From contig JANXEU010000028.1 in the NCBI GenBank assembly GCA_025058055.1, positions 23,711-87,710 on the forward strand: a stretch of DNA of 64,000 nucleotides, in the 5' to 3' direction. The notes beneath the pieces are model-generated. The model was not told the origin of the DNA, did not search any database, and saw nothing but the letters and a program-made list of their open reading frames with translations. Source of the DNA: Candidatus Calditenuaceae archaeon (GTDB lineage Archaea > Thermoproteota > Nitrososphaeria_A > Caldarchaeales > Calditenuaceae). This document shows positions 8,485 to 17,431 of the stretch, piece by piece (the first letter of the stretch is position 1; each line of letters starts with the position of its first letter). The translations under genes were made by a program, and so were the position numbers.

Positions 8485-9411
8485 ATGAAACAAGGGTCTG
8501 ATATGATGAGCATGATGTACCGCAACAACATTCAAAACGATGTGCCACTATTTATAAATATAGTTGAGGAATGCATCCAGTCCTTCGAGTGGACGGCACG
8601 AAGCCTCGGGCCGATCCTGCTCCCGCCAGACGAAGAGCGCGAGGACCTCCATCAGTTGACGGACATCAAAATCCGCGACGTTGTAGAGCTGGGACCAGGA
8701 GTTCCGAGAAGATTGGCTGCGGTCGATGCATCGGTGATCAAGTTGGGCCTCTGGGGGTCTGGTGTGTTGATCTCGCTGAAGGGCGCTGTGGTGAGAAGGT
8801 CCGATGACACGCTCGAGGTCACCGTGTTCGGTCCGGTGCCGAAGTACGTGCCTCTGGACGGGCTTGACGAGGCGGGTGGAGAGTCAGCCGTCTTACGCGA
8901 GCTCAAGTGGTTTGAGCGCTCACTTCAAGTCTATGCAGCATTACACACAGACGGAGAGATACTTCTGTTCGACTCTCTGCTCACGAAGGTCGAGAGGGAA
9001 GTCCATGAGGTCTCGAGCTACAAAGACGTAATCGGCGTGACGAAGTCTAGCTTGCTAGCTCTGAAACTCAAAGGTCTCCAAGGACAGCCGACGCGCGGTA
9101 AGTGCGTGGCGCTGGTAGTGAGGGAAGACCAACCGATAGTGACACTCTCGAAGTTATCGGCTGACGGTCTTCTCCTGCGAGTTGACGTTTGGTCAAACAG
9201 AAATTGGAGGGAGGCGCTGAACGATCTCTTGTCGAGCGATGTCCTGATCTCCGGTTACCCTGAGACGCTCACCCTCGCGCACGCTTATTCCAAACAGAGC
9301 TGGTCTGAGATCTCTGTGATCAGGTCTTTGTTGATGCGAATGCTCGGCGTCGAGGCGGTCCAAGCTCCTAACGTGAGGGCCGCAGTGCTCTCCCCCTTCG
9401 ATGGGACATGA
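8485..9411 (+). CDS. nurA: NurA-like nuclease
   Basis: 308 aa. Candidate NurA catalytic motifs appear in the expected order: RRLAAVDASVIKLG (Asp), KWFERSL (Glu), ILLFDSLL (Asp), YPETLTLAHAYSK (His). ATGA overlap with the downstream HerA-like ATPase. Confidence 0.6.
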   Translation: MKQGSDMMSMMYRNNIQNDVPLFINIVEECIQSFEWTARSLGPILLPPDEEREDLHQLTDIKIRDVVELGPGVPRRLAAVDASVIKLGLWGSGVLISLKGAVVRRSDDTLEVTVFGPVPKYVPLDGLDEAGGESAVLRELKWFERSLQVYAALHTDGEILLFDSLLTKVEREVHEVSSYKDVIGVTKSSLLALKLKGLQGQPTRGKCVALVVREDQPIVTLSKLSADGLLLRVDVWSNRNWREALNDLLSSDVLISGYPETLTLAHAYSKQSWSEISVIRSLLMRMLGVEAVQAPNVRAAVLSPFDGT

Positions 9412-10844
9412 GGATTTACCGAAAGGCCGGCGATAGGGTGGAGCTCATCGCGTTGGGGCGTGACCTCGATCTGGAGAGAGGGGAATACGTTTTAGCGTCT
9501 GATGGTAACAGCACTCTTGTCCTTCAGGTGATAGACGTCGAGTACGCAGATGTTCCAGGTGCGCTCGAGGAGACTTTGAGGGAGCTCACTACGGACGCGC
9601 TGGGAGATCTAGTGAGGTATGATCCGATGGACGTGGAATCGCATGTTAGAGCCGTAAGGGACTCAAGGCTGGTGATTACGAAGCTCAGGAAGGTGATAGG
9701 CGGCCCTTCCATCTCTCTCCCCTCGAAGTACGCGACGAAGATCAGGAAGGCATCACCACACGAGATAATCGGAACGCAGTCAAGGAGTCGAATTGACCTC
9801 ATACAGCTCGGAGAAGAGGTGCTAATTGACCCGAAGGACATAGAGGGCAGCGTAACTATCGTCACGGGTAGAAAGGAGTCGGGGAAGTCTCATCTAGCTA
9901 AACTTCTGTCGACGTCCTTGGTTGCAAACGGCTACGTGGTGTTGGTGTTTGACCTGAACGGCGAGTACGTCTCCCTCGGGCTGACAAAGGAAGGAGGCCA
10001 CAGCGACGTCCACGACCGGCTCGTTACGCTCTCGCCGGGGCTCGATTACCTAATACCTATTCACAGCGTTTCACAGGAGGTTCTCGCGGACGTGATGACT
10101 TTCGCGCTCGGCCTTCCGCAGACCAGCCTAAGGGAGCTTCTGAGGGCCTGCAGGGATGCGAGAGAGAGGGGAAGACTTAGCCTCAGGTCACTGTACCGGG
10201 CCGTGTCCACAGCACCGATGAACGAGTCGGTGAGGGATGCCATTCTCAATAGACTCTCGACACTCGAGTCCTCAGGGCTTTTCTCCGATGAACCGGGCCT
10301 TCACGACCGCCTTCTCGAAGAACTCTCGACGAGGCACGGTAGACTGATGGTTCTCGACATGAGCTGCCTCGGCCCCTTGCAAAGGAGGATATTGGTGGAG
10401 TACGTGTTGAGCTGCCTCAGAGAGAAGCTCTTCACCGGAGAGCTCGATCCGCTGATACTCTTCGCGGAGGAGGCACACCTGTACCTGAGGGAGACCTACT
10501 GGGAAGACGTCGTGACGAGGATGAGGCACATAGGCATCTCAACGGTGCTCATCACGAATCAGCCCGACTCGATACCTGCCTTGATCTACAGACAGGCCGA
10601 TAACGTATTCGCCTTCAACCTGCGCAACGGCACCGACATAGAACACCTTGCGAGGAACCTCGACGTGGACGCTGAGACGCTGAGGGCGATACTCCCCAAC
10701 TTGGAGAAGGGGCAGGTCTTAGTGTGGGGTAAAGTCGTCCGATATCTGCCGTTGACCTTCAAGGTGTTGAACTCGTGCCTCCTGACGCGCGGTGAGACGA
10801 GACGAAGGACCGTTCAGAGGGAGAGCACCACGCCTTCCGGTTAA
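9408..10844 (+). CDS. herA: HerA/DUF87-family hexameric ATPase (HerA-like helicase)
   Basis: 478 aa with an N-terminal HAS-barrel-like region, Walker A VTGRKESGKSHLAK, Walker B/DEAH-like LILFAEEAHLYL and a C-terminal LTRGETRR. Translationally coupled to the NurA-like gene. Confidence 0.7.
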   Translation: MRIYRKAGDRVELIALGRDLDLERGEYVLASDGNSTLVLQVIDVEYADVPGALEETLRELTTDALGDLVRYDPMDVESHVRAVRDSRLVITKLRKVIGGPSISLPSKYATKIRKASPHEIIGTQSRSRIDLIQLGEEVLIDPKDIEGSVTIVTGRKESGKSHLAKLLSTSLVANGYVVLVFDLNGEYVSLGLTKEGGHSDVHDRLVTLSPGLDYLIPIHSVSQEVLADVMTFALGLPQTSLRELLRACRDARERGRLSLRSLYRAVSTAPMNESVRDAILNRLSTLESSGLFSDEPGLHDRLLEELSTRHGRLMVLDMSCLGPLQRRILVEYVLSCLREKLFTGELDPLILFAEEAHLYLRETYWEDVVTRMRHIGISTVLITNQPDSIPALIYRQADNVFAFNLRNGTDIEHLARNLDVDAETLRAILPNLEKGQVLVWGKVVRYLPLTFKVLNSCLLTRGETRRRTVQRESTTPSG

Positions 10845-10901
10845 CGGTTCTGCCAGAAGGATAACAACTTATTACGTGCTGATGAACTATAACCTTGAAA
10901 A

Positions 10902-11711
10902 ATGGTGTTCACGTTACAGGTTGGTGTAGGCACGCTTTTCGGGTTAATCATACTGGTGATAATAGTCCTCTCGCTACTCAGGGCCTCGATAAGGGTCGTG
11001 AAGGAGTACGAGAGGGTAGTGATATTCAGACTGGGCCGCATGATCGGACTCAAGGGGCCTGGTTTGATATTCCTCATACCAATCATCGACTCGCCTAGAG
11101 TAATAGACCTCAGGATCGTCTCGCTGGACGTCCCGAAGCAGAAGATCGTGACCAAGGACAACGTCACAGTTGAGGTTGACGCTGTGGTCTTCATGAGGGT
11201 TCAGGATCCGCAAGCTGCAGTTCTAAGAGTAAGGGACTTCCTGATGGCGTCGAGCATGCTTGCGATGACCACTCTCAGAGACGTCATCGGCCAGGTCGAG
11301 CTAGATGATTTGCTAACCAAGAGGGACGAGCTCAACGTTAGGATCCAGAGAATACTCGATGAGGCGACCGAACCGTGGGGTGTGAAGATCACTGCAGTCG
11401 CGATAAGGGACGTCGTGTTACCGACAGAGATGCAGAGAGCGATCGCGAAGCAGGCAGAGGCTGAAAGGGAGCGGAGGAGCAGAGTGATCATGGCAGAGGG
11501 AGAGTTCCTTGCAGCTCAGAAGATGGCTGAAGCGGCGGTGGCATACGCAACGAACCCGATCGCCTTGAGGCTTAGGGAGCTTCAGACTTGGACTGAGATC
11601 GCGAGGGAAAAGAACCTCATCATCGTAACCGAGGGGAGGGAGATCGGAGGGATTATCGCTACTTCAGCCGGAGTAGCAGGACATGAGATCAAGAAGGGAG
11701 AGAAAGGTTAG
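10902..11711 (+). CDS. SPFH/band-7 stomatin-prohibitin homolog
   Basis: 269 aa with an N-terminal TM helix, then VKEYERVVIFRLGR...PRVIDLRIVSLDVPKQKIVTKDNVTVEVDAVVF and a coiled-coil AEAERERR region typical of archaeal stomatins. Confidence 0.9.
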   Translation: MVFTLQVGVGTLFGLIILVIIVLSLLRASIRVVKEYERVVIFRLGRMIGLKGPGLIFLIPIIDSPRVIDLRIVSLDVPKQKIVTKDNVTVEVDAVVFMRVQDPQAAVLRVRDFLMASSMLAMTTLRDVIGQVELDDLLTKRDELNVRIQRILDEATEPWGVKITAVAIRDVVLPTEMQRAIAKQAEAERERRSRVIMAEGEFLAAQKMAEAAVAYATNPIALRLRELQTWTEIAREKNLIIVTEGREIGGIIATSAGVAGHEIKKGEKG

Positions 11712-13017
11712 GAGAAAGAGTTCTGCGCTGTTAGTTCTACTCCTAATACTCGTGTTCATACAAGCTCTCGGCCTCATTTCAGCCTATGCCCAGCCGAGAC
11801 CGAGAATCGCGCTGCTGGAGGTTCAAGGTTACATTTCAACGGCGATCGCCGAATGGATCGAACAGTTCCTCTCGACGTCCACCTTCTACGACGCAGTGAT
11901 CATAACGATCAATACCTTCGGTGGCCTTGGCGACCCAACGCTGCGAGTAGTCGACGCGATAATGTCGTCACCCACACCTGTTATCGTGTTCGTCTACCCT
12001 TCCGGAGCACAGGCGCTCTCCGCAGGTACTTACATCCTCATGGCAGCAGACCTAACGGTGATGGCGCCATACACGATAATCGGATCCGCCCAGCCCGTAG
12101 TCAACGGGGTGCCCTCGGATGACCCCAAGTTGATCAACTTCTTGGTCGAGAAGATGAGGACCATGGCGAGGGTTCACGGCCGTAACGAGACTCAGGCAGC
12201 GAGGTTCGTGACGCACAACGACAACCTCGGGCCCGATGAGGCACTAAATAGGGGAGTGGTCGACTTGGTGGCGAAAGACGTAGGGGACCTATTGGAGAAG
12301 GCACACGGAAGGGTGGTCAAGAAGCTCGGAGGAGAGGTCACACTGTACCTTAGGGGCGCGGTGGTGGAGAGAGTCTCCAGAGATGTGAGATCAGAGGTTC
12401 TTCACTTCCTAAGTGACCCGATACTATCCACACTCCTGACTTCTCTGGGTTTCCTCATACTGATCGTCGGTTTAACGAACCCTGGTCTCGGCACAGAGTT
12501 GGTGGGTGGAATATTGATACTGCTGGGACTCTTGGGGCAAGGATTCAGCGTGAACCTAGTGGGGTTGGGGATCATCGTTCTAGGATCGATTTTGATACTG
12601 TATGAGTTCTACACTGGAGGAACGTTGATCGCGTTACCGTTCGGCATAGGTCTGATGGTGCTCGGGTCTATACTGCTCATCCGGTCACCGCCCGGGGTGA
12701 TCTACATCGCGCAGGGGTGGTTAGAAGAGGCAATGATCAGCGTGATACTGGTGGGAACGTTCGCAGGGGCTTTCGTAGGTTTCGTGGTCTATAAGGTGAC
12801 TAGGGCTGTTAAGCGGCGAACACTTCAAATCTCTTTGGAGGAGTTCGGAAGAGCTGCTGAGGATATACCCTCGGGCTCGGTAGGTTACGTAGTGGTAGGT
12901 GGTGAATACAGAAGGGCCCTCGCACTGGAGGAGGTAAAGAAGGGCGATGAGGTTACGGTCGTTGGGAAAAAGGACGGCCTACTTCTAGTTAGACCGTCGA
13001 AATCGAACAAATCATGA
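11683..13017 (+). CDS. NfeD-type membrane-bound ClpP-class serine protease (stomatin operon partner)
   Basis: 444 aa with a signal/TM, a ClpP-like domain (INTFGGLGDPTLRVVDAI, PSGAQALSAGTYILMA), a multi-TM middle and a C-terminal OB-like NfeD domain. It overlaps the stomatin gene by 29 nt. Confidence 0.85.
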   Translation: MRSRRERKVRRKSSALLVLLLILVFIQALGLISAYAQPRPRIALLEVQGYISTAIAEWIEQFLSTSTFYDAVIITINTFGGLGDPTLRVVDAIMSSPTPVIVFVYPSGAQALSAGTYILMAADLTVMAPYTIIGSAQPVVNGVPSDDPKLINFLVEKMRTMARVHGRNETQAARFVTHNDNLGPDEALNRGVVDLVAKDVGDLLEKAHGRVVKKLGGEVTLYLRGAVVERVSRDVRSEVLHFLSDPILSTLLTSLGFLILIVGLTNPGLGTELVGGILILLGLLGQGFSVNLVGLGIIVLGSILILYEFYTGGTLIALPFGIGLMVLGSILLIRSPPGVIYIAQGWLEEAMISVILVGTFAGAFVGFVVYKVTRAVKRRTLQISLEEFGRAAEDIPSGSVGYVVVGGEYRRALALEEVKKGDEVTVVGKKDGLLLVRPSKSNKS

Positions 13018-13092
13018 AGTTAGAGGTTGGAGTATCGCAAAACTAAGCTTAAAAATTTTAAGTTTAGATTTGAACGTTTAATAAAATAGAAC

Positions 13093-13524
13093 TCAGAGCT
13101 CTGTTTTGAACCTGCCAGGCCTTCTCCGCGGGGCTCTAGACCTAGATGGGTTGAAGAAGCCACCAGCTGGGACGGTCTTCTCGGAAAGGTTGTTCTCGAC
13201 GTTGACGTCACCAATGTCCTCAGAGACTGGTTCTATGCTCCCGTATCTGCCTAGGTTAAGCTGCATCTTCCCCTTGAAGACCTTGACGTACGCGTTGGTT
13301 ATCTTGACCGTGCTACCGACTTCAACCTTGTCGATGTCGTCGTCCCAGAGAACCAACGATATTGCGCCGCTCTCGTCGGCTATGGTGGCGATGGACAGTT
13401 TGTGGTTCGCATCGTCGTACTGACTGCTGACAACTCTAGGCTCCGACTTCGAGACGATCTTCGCGACCAAGTTTACGCCCCTAGAGCTCGGACTCAAGTT
13501 CTCTATTCTCTCTACCCTACTCAA
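13093..13524 (-). CDS. ssb: Single-stranded DNA-binding protein, crenarchaeal single-OB type
   Basis: 143 aa. The OB fold (VNLVAKIVSKSEPRVV...IADESGAISLVLWDD...VKITNAYVKVFKGKMQLNLG) and a basic flexible tail resemble Sulfolobus SSB architecture. Confidence 0.8.
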   Translation of the reverse strand: MSRVERIENLSPSSRGVNLVAKIVSKSEPRVVSSQYDDANHKLSIATIADESGAISLVLWDDDIDKVEVGSTVKITNAYVKVFKGKMQLNLGRYGSIEPVSEDIGDVNVENNLSEKTVPAGGFFNPSRSRAPRRRPGRFKTEL

Positions 13525-13572
13525 ACGCCTTCACACTTCTCGTAACCCCTCCATCCATCTGGTGGCTATTAA

Positions 13573-14793
13573 ATGCTAACAACGCGAGCCCTTAACGCCT
13601 CCAATAGAAGGGTTATTACCTACTCGGCTCCCTTGGTATTTTCAGCGGGTTTGGAGTATTACAAGCTGCTGCTGTTCTGCGCATCGGTCTTAGTCATCGT
13701 GGCACTCGTCCTCACGAGGCGTCTGAGGGTTGGTTACGCGGTGTCGGTCGGCGCCCTCTTGTACGGGTTGACGACCCTTCAACCGATCGACCTGTTGGGC
13801 GCCACGATCGCCTCCTTCAATCAGAGAATGCTGGAAGTCGCGACGTCCTTGATCTTCTCCATGACCCTCTCACAAGCCATGAGGCGAGACGGCGAGCGGA
13901 TCTACAGGGGCATGATTAGGTTGGGGACGAGGGCCGCGGCCATCGGGATCCCAGCCACCATCGGCTTACTCCCCATGCCAGGAGGGGCCTACGTCTCGGC
14001 GACCATCGCAGATCAGCTCTACGAGAGGGTGAACATGGATAAGAAAGCGAGGACGTTCATCAACTACTGGTGGAGGCACATCTGGATCTCGATCTGGCCG
14101 CTGTATCAAGGTGTCATCTTAGCGTCTGCTGTGCTACACGTGAGCGTCGCCGAGGTGATCTCGAGGACCTGGCCCGCGGCTCTGGCCGCGGTTATCGCGG
14201 GGGTCATTTTAATGCCGAAGCTCTCTCCAGCCAACGACTCCGGATTACTCGGTGACCTACTATCGCTCTGGCCGCTGGGGTTGGTAGCGATTCTCTCCTT
14301 CCTATTGCCGCTGCCGCTGGCGATAGGTTTGACTCTGCTAGCTTACGTGATTCAGAGCAGGATGAGCTTCAGGGAGTTCAAGGAAGCCCTCAGGCTTGGC
14401 ACCAACCTGAACGTCATAATGATAATAGTGGGTTCGCTGGTCTTCTCGAACTACATAATAGCGACGGGTCTCAACTCTGACCTCGCCGAGATGCTGGGGC
14501 CCTATGGGCCGATTGCTGTCTTCACGGTACCCTTGATTATAGGTTTGGCAACCGGAATAGAGTTCGCATTCGTTGCGCTCACCTTCCCTCCCTTGCTTGG
14601 ACTCCTCGATGGATACATGGTCGCGCTGGCCTTTGCGGGTGGCCACATCGGCGTCATGTTGAGCCCCACTCACAGCTGCTTCGTTCTCTCATCGGAATAC
14701 TTCAGGACGACTCTCAACGAAGTTTACCCGCTGGTGACTAGGGCTATACTGATCGAGATACCTCTGATAGCACTTTTAATCATGATACTCTAG
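13573..14793 (+). CDS. Multi-pass integral membrane protein, putative transporter (DUF401-like, tentative)
   Basis: 406 aa with about 10 hydrophobic segments. The family assignment is from memory only and the start codon is uncertain. Confidence 0.45.
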   Translation: MLTTRALNASNRRVITYSAPLVFSAGLEYYKLLLFCASVLVIVALVLTRRLRVGYAVSVGALLYGLTTLQPIDLLGATIASFNQRMLEVATSLIFSMTLSQAMRRDGERIYRGMIRLGTRAAAIGIPATIGLLPMPGGAYVSATIADQLYERVNMDKKARTFINYWWRHIWISIWPLYQGVILASAVLHVSVAEVISRTWPAALAAVIAGVILMPKLSPANDSGLLGDLLSLWPLGLVAILSFLLPLPLAIGLTLLAYVIQSRMSFREFKEALRLGTNLNVIMIIVGSLVFSNYIIATGLNSDLAEMLGPYGPIAVFTVPLIIGLATGIEFAFVALTFPPLLGLLDGYMVALAFAGGHIGVMLSPTHSCFVLSSEYFRTTLNEVYPLVTRAILIEIPLIALLIMIL

Positions 14794-14797
14794 CATC

Positions 14798-16801
14798 TCA
14801 GAAGAGCTCGGCAACGTCCTTAACCTTAACCTTCCCTTCGGCGCCTATAACCCGAACTGCGTCTTCAATCATCGCTAAGCAGAATGGGCATTCCGTGACG
14901 ATGACCTGCGCGCCGGTGTTCATGGCCTCTTCGACCCTCTGAACGCTCTCTCGCTTGACCCTTTTGACCTCGTACCAGTAGTTACCACCGCCTCCACCAC
15001 AGCAGAACGTGTCCCTCCCCCTCCTGGGCATCTCCCTCAGATCAGCGCCGGCGATCGCTGCCCTAGGTTCATCGACTATGCCGTTCTGCCGAGCGATGTA
15101 ACAGGAGTCGTGCAGGGTGACCGTCATGGCTTCTCTGACCTTGAGCTTGCCGGCCCTCACGAGCTGGCCCAAGAGCACGGAGTGATGAACGACCTCCGTT
15201 TTGAGCCCGAACTCCCTGTATTCGTTCTTCAGGACTTGGTAACAATGTGGACAGTGAGTCAGTATCTTCTTCGCGTTCAGGGACTTGAGTGTCTCCACGT
15301 TCCTGTAAGCCATCTCCTGAAACCTGCCCTCCTCACCCATCCTCCTAGCGGACTCACCGGTGCAGGACTCATGGGGGCCCAGAACCGCGAAACTCACGCC
15401 AGCTCTCATGAGGGCCTCAGCCAGCTTCTCGACGATCTGCCGAGCCCTCCGGTCGAACGTGGAGAGGCATCCCACCCAGTACACGTACTCGGCATCGGGG
15501 TACTCATCGACCGTTTTGACACCCATTGCCCTCAGCTCGGAGAGCAGTTCCTGCCTCGCAAATGATTGCAGTCCGTACATGTTGCCGGTCCTCGCTAAGT
15601 TCGTCAACGCCTCGACTGCCCGCTTATCGAGCCTCCCCTCAAGAGTGAGGGCCCTTCTAGCCTCCAAGATGTACTCCATTGGGCTGATGGTCACTGGACA
15701 GACCTCGGTGCAGGCACCGCAGGTTGTGCAGGCGAAGAGCTCCTCGTACGTCAGCACCCCAGAGTCGAAGACGTCTCGCCCTCCGTCACGGCGCGACCCC
15801 CACATTTCGAACCTCAGCTTCTGGACGACCATCCTAGGGGACAGCGGAGTGCCTGCGGCGAAAGCGGGACAGGCGGCCTCACATCGGCCGCAATCGGTAC
15901 ATGCGTCTAGCCCCATGCGCTGATACCAGTCCAGTTCGCTCACCTTCCTGAAGCCGACACGAACGTCAGCCTCCACATCGAGCTCCTCCAGCTTAAAGGG
16001 AGTCTTCGCGAGGACCGGAGGTCTAGGGGCTGCGTACGAAAGGCCCGCGTAGAAGACCGCGACGACCGTGTGAAGAAGGTTGGTGTAGGGGATCGCTGCC
16101 ACGAGCGCGAACGCCACGATCGCATGGGCCCACCAAAACCACGAGTACAGGTCGACCGCGAGAGCTACAGGCACATCGAATGCCGAGAGAGACGTCGAGA
16201 GGGCCTGACCGACGAAGGAGTGGCCGGCCCAAGGAACATCAGTGGCGTAGAGCCTGAGGCCCTCCAGCACGAACCCCGTCACTCCGATGAAGGCGATACC
16301 GTAAAGGTATGAGTAGTACTCAAGCCTCGGCCTGAGCCTCTTCTCACCCGAGTACCTTCTGACCAGCGCAACTATCACACCGTACATCAACAGCAACCCG
16401 AAGAGGTCCAGAGCGGACTCGAAGACCAGATAGCCCGTCCCCTGAAGGAGCTTCCCCCCGAGCTTCTCGAAGACGTCGTAGTCGATCGCGACCAGCAGAG
16501 TTCCGATGAAGAGCACGAGTATCCCGTAGCTGAGCGCGACGTGCATCACGCCCGGTCCGATCTCTTTCAGGAGCCTCCTCTGGGCCACCGCATATCTCAC
16601 AACGCCCCTCATCCACGCTAGAGGGTTCCTGAGTACGGCCTTGATCGCCTCCCAGCCGTAATCGGAAGTCTTCTGCACGAGGCCGTAGAGGAAGACCGCT
16701 GCGAAGGGCAGGAGCACCAGGTACATCACGATCTCTGTCCACGGTGGAAGAAGGGCGAAGTTCTCCCTAGCAGGAAGCTCCACAAGTCTATGATGCTCCA
16801 C
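14798..16801 (-). CDS. Membrane-anchored HdrD/GlpC-like Fe-S oxidoreductase (N-terminal NarI/DsrM-like multi-TM domain fused to two 4Fe-4S motifs and two CCG domains)
   Basis: 667 aa with about 6 N-terminal TM helices, CTDCGRCEAACP and CTTCGACTEVCP ferredoxin motifs, and C-terminal cysteine-rich CCG regions (TFCCGGGGGNYW, ECPFC). Confidence 0.75.
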   Translation of the reverse strand: MEHHRLVELPARENFALLPPWTEIVMYLVLLPFAAVFLYGLVQKTSDYGWEAIKAVLRNPLAWMRGVVRYAVAQRRLLKEIGPGVMHVALSYGILVLFIGTLLVAIDYDVFEKLGGKLLQGTGYLVFESALDLFGLLLMYGVIVALVRRYSGEKRLRPRLEYYSYLYGIAFIGVTGFVLEGLRLYATDVPWAGHSFVGQALSTSLSAFDVPVALAVDLYSWFWWAHAIVAFALVAAIPYTNLLHTVVAVFYAGLSYAAPRPPVLAKTPFKLEELDVEADVRVGFRKVSELDWYQRMGLDACTDCGRCEAACPAFAAGTPLSPRMVVQKLRFEMWGSRRDGGRDVFDSGVLTYEELFACTTCGACTEVCPVTISPMEYILEARRALTLEGRLDKRAVEALTNLARTGNMYGLQSFARQELLSELRAMGVKTVDEYPDAEYVYWVGCLSTFDRRARQIVEKLAEALMRAGVSFAVLGPHESCTGESARRMGEEGRFQEMAYRNVETLKSLNAKKILTHCPHCYQVLKNEYREFGLKTEVVHHSVLLGQLVRAGKLKVREAMTVTLHDSCYIARQNGIVDEPRAAIAGADLREMPRRGRDTFCCGGGGGNYWYEVKRVKRESVQRVEEAMNTGAQVIVTECPFCLAMIEDAVRVIGAEGKVKVKDVAELF

Positions 16802-16880
16802 GGAGCTAAAAACGATGTTTCACGACCGCTTAGGGCTATCCGCACCAATAATATACTGTGGGTTCTCAATCGTCTCGGCC

Positions 16881-17429
16881 GTGAGGCTCAGGGTCCTAGA
16901 GGTGAGGAGGATCTACTCGGGACGGACGGTCGGGCTCAGGGTCGAGAAGATCGCTATAGACGGGAAGGTCATCGAGCGAGAGATAGTTGAGCACAGGGGC
17001 GCGGCGGTGGTTGTGCCTTGGAGGGAGGACGGCAAGCTCGTCCTGATCAGGCAGTACAGGAGGGCCGTGAACTCAGAACTCCTCGAGTTCCCCGCAGGGA
17101 CGCTTGAGCCCGGAGAAGACGCTGAGAGCTGTGCCAGAAGGGAGTTGTTGGAGGAGACAGGGCATCAGGCCTTATCCCTCGAACGTCTTGCGACCCTCTA
17201 TCCTGCCCCCGGCTACACGGAGGAGGTGATGCACGTCTTTCTTGCAAGGGCCGTGCCAAAGGGCCCTCCATCACCCGAAGACGACGAGGAGGGCATGAAG
17301 GTGGTCACTATGACGCTCGACGAACTCATCGAGATGATCCTGAAAGGAGAGGTGAGCGACGCTAAGACGGTTGTAGGTGCCTTCATGCTCAAGGAAAGAG
17401 TACAGGGCTGCCTCACCGGTAAAGGGTAA
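16881..17429 (+). CDS. Nudix hydrolase, ADP-ribose pyrophosphatase-like
   Basis: Nudix box GTLEPGEDAESCARRELLEETG. Start moved to the in-frame GTG at 16881 because ATG 16815 lies only 13 nt from the divergent gene, and a TATA-like aataatatac sits at about 16848-16857. Confidence 0.75.
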   Translation: MRLRVLEVRRIYSGRTVGLRVEKIAIDGKVIEREIVEHRGAAVVVPWREDGKLVLIRQYRRAVNSELLEFPAGTLEPGEDAESCARRELLEETGHQALSLERLATLYPAPGYTEEVMHVFLARAVPKGPPSPEDDEEGMKVVTMTLDELIEMILKGEVSDAKTVVGAFMLKERVQGCLTGKG

Positions 17430-17431
17430 GT

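Noticed and set aside
13020-13092. Palindrome CTTAAAAATTTTAAG in the nfeD/ssb convergent spacer as a regulatory element
   Set aside because: It is an AT-only hairpin in a T-rich convergent terminator region. Intrinsic termination by oligo-T tracts is the simplest explanation.
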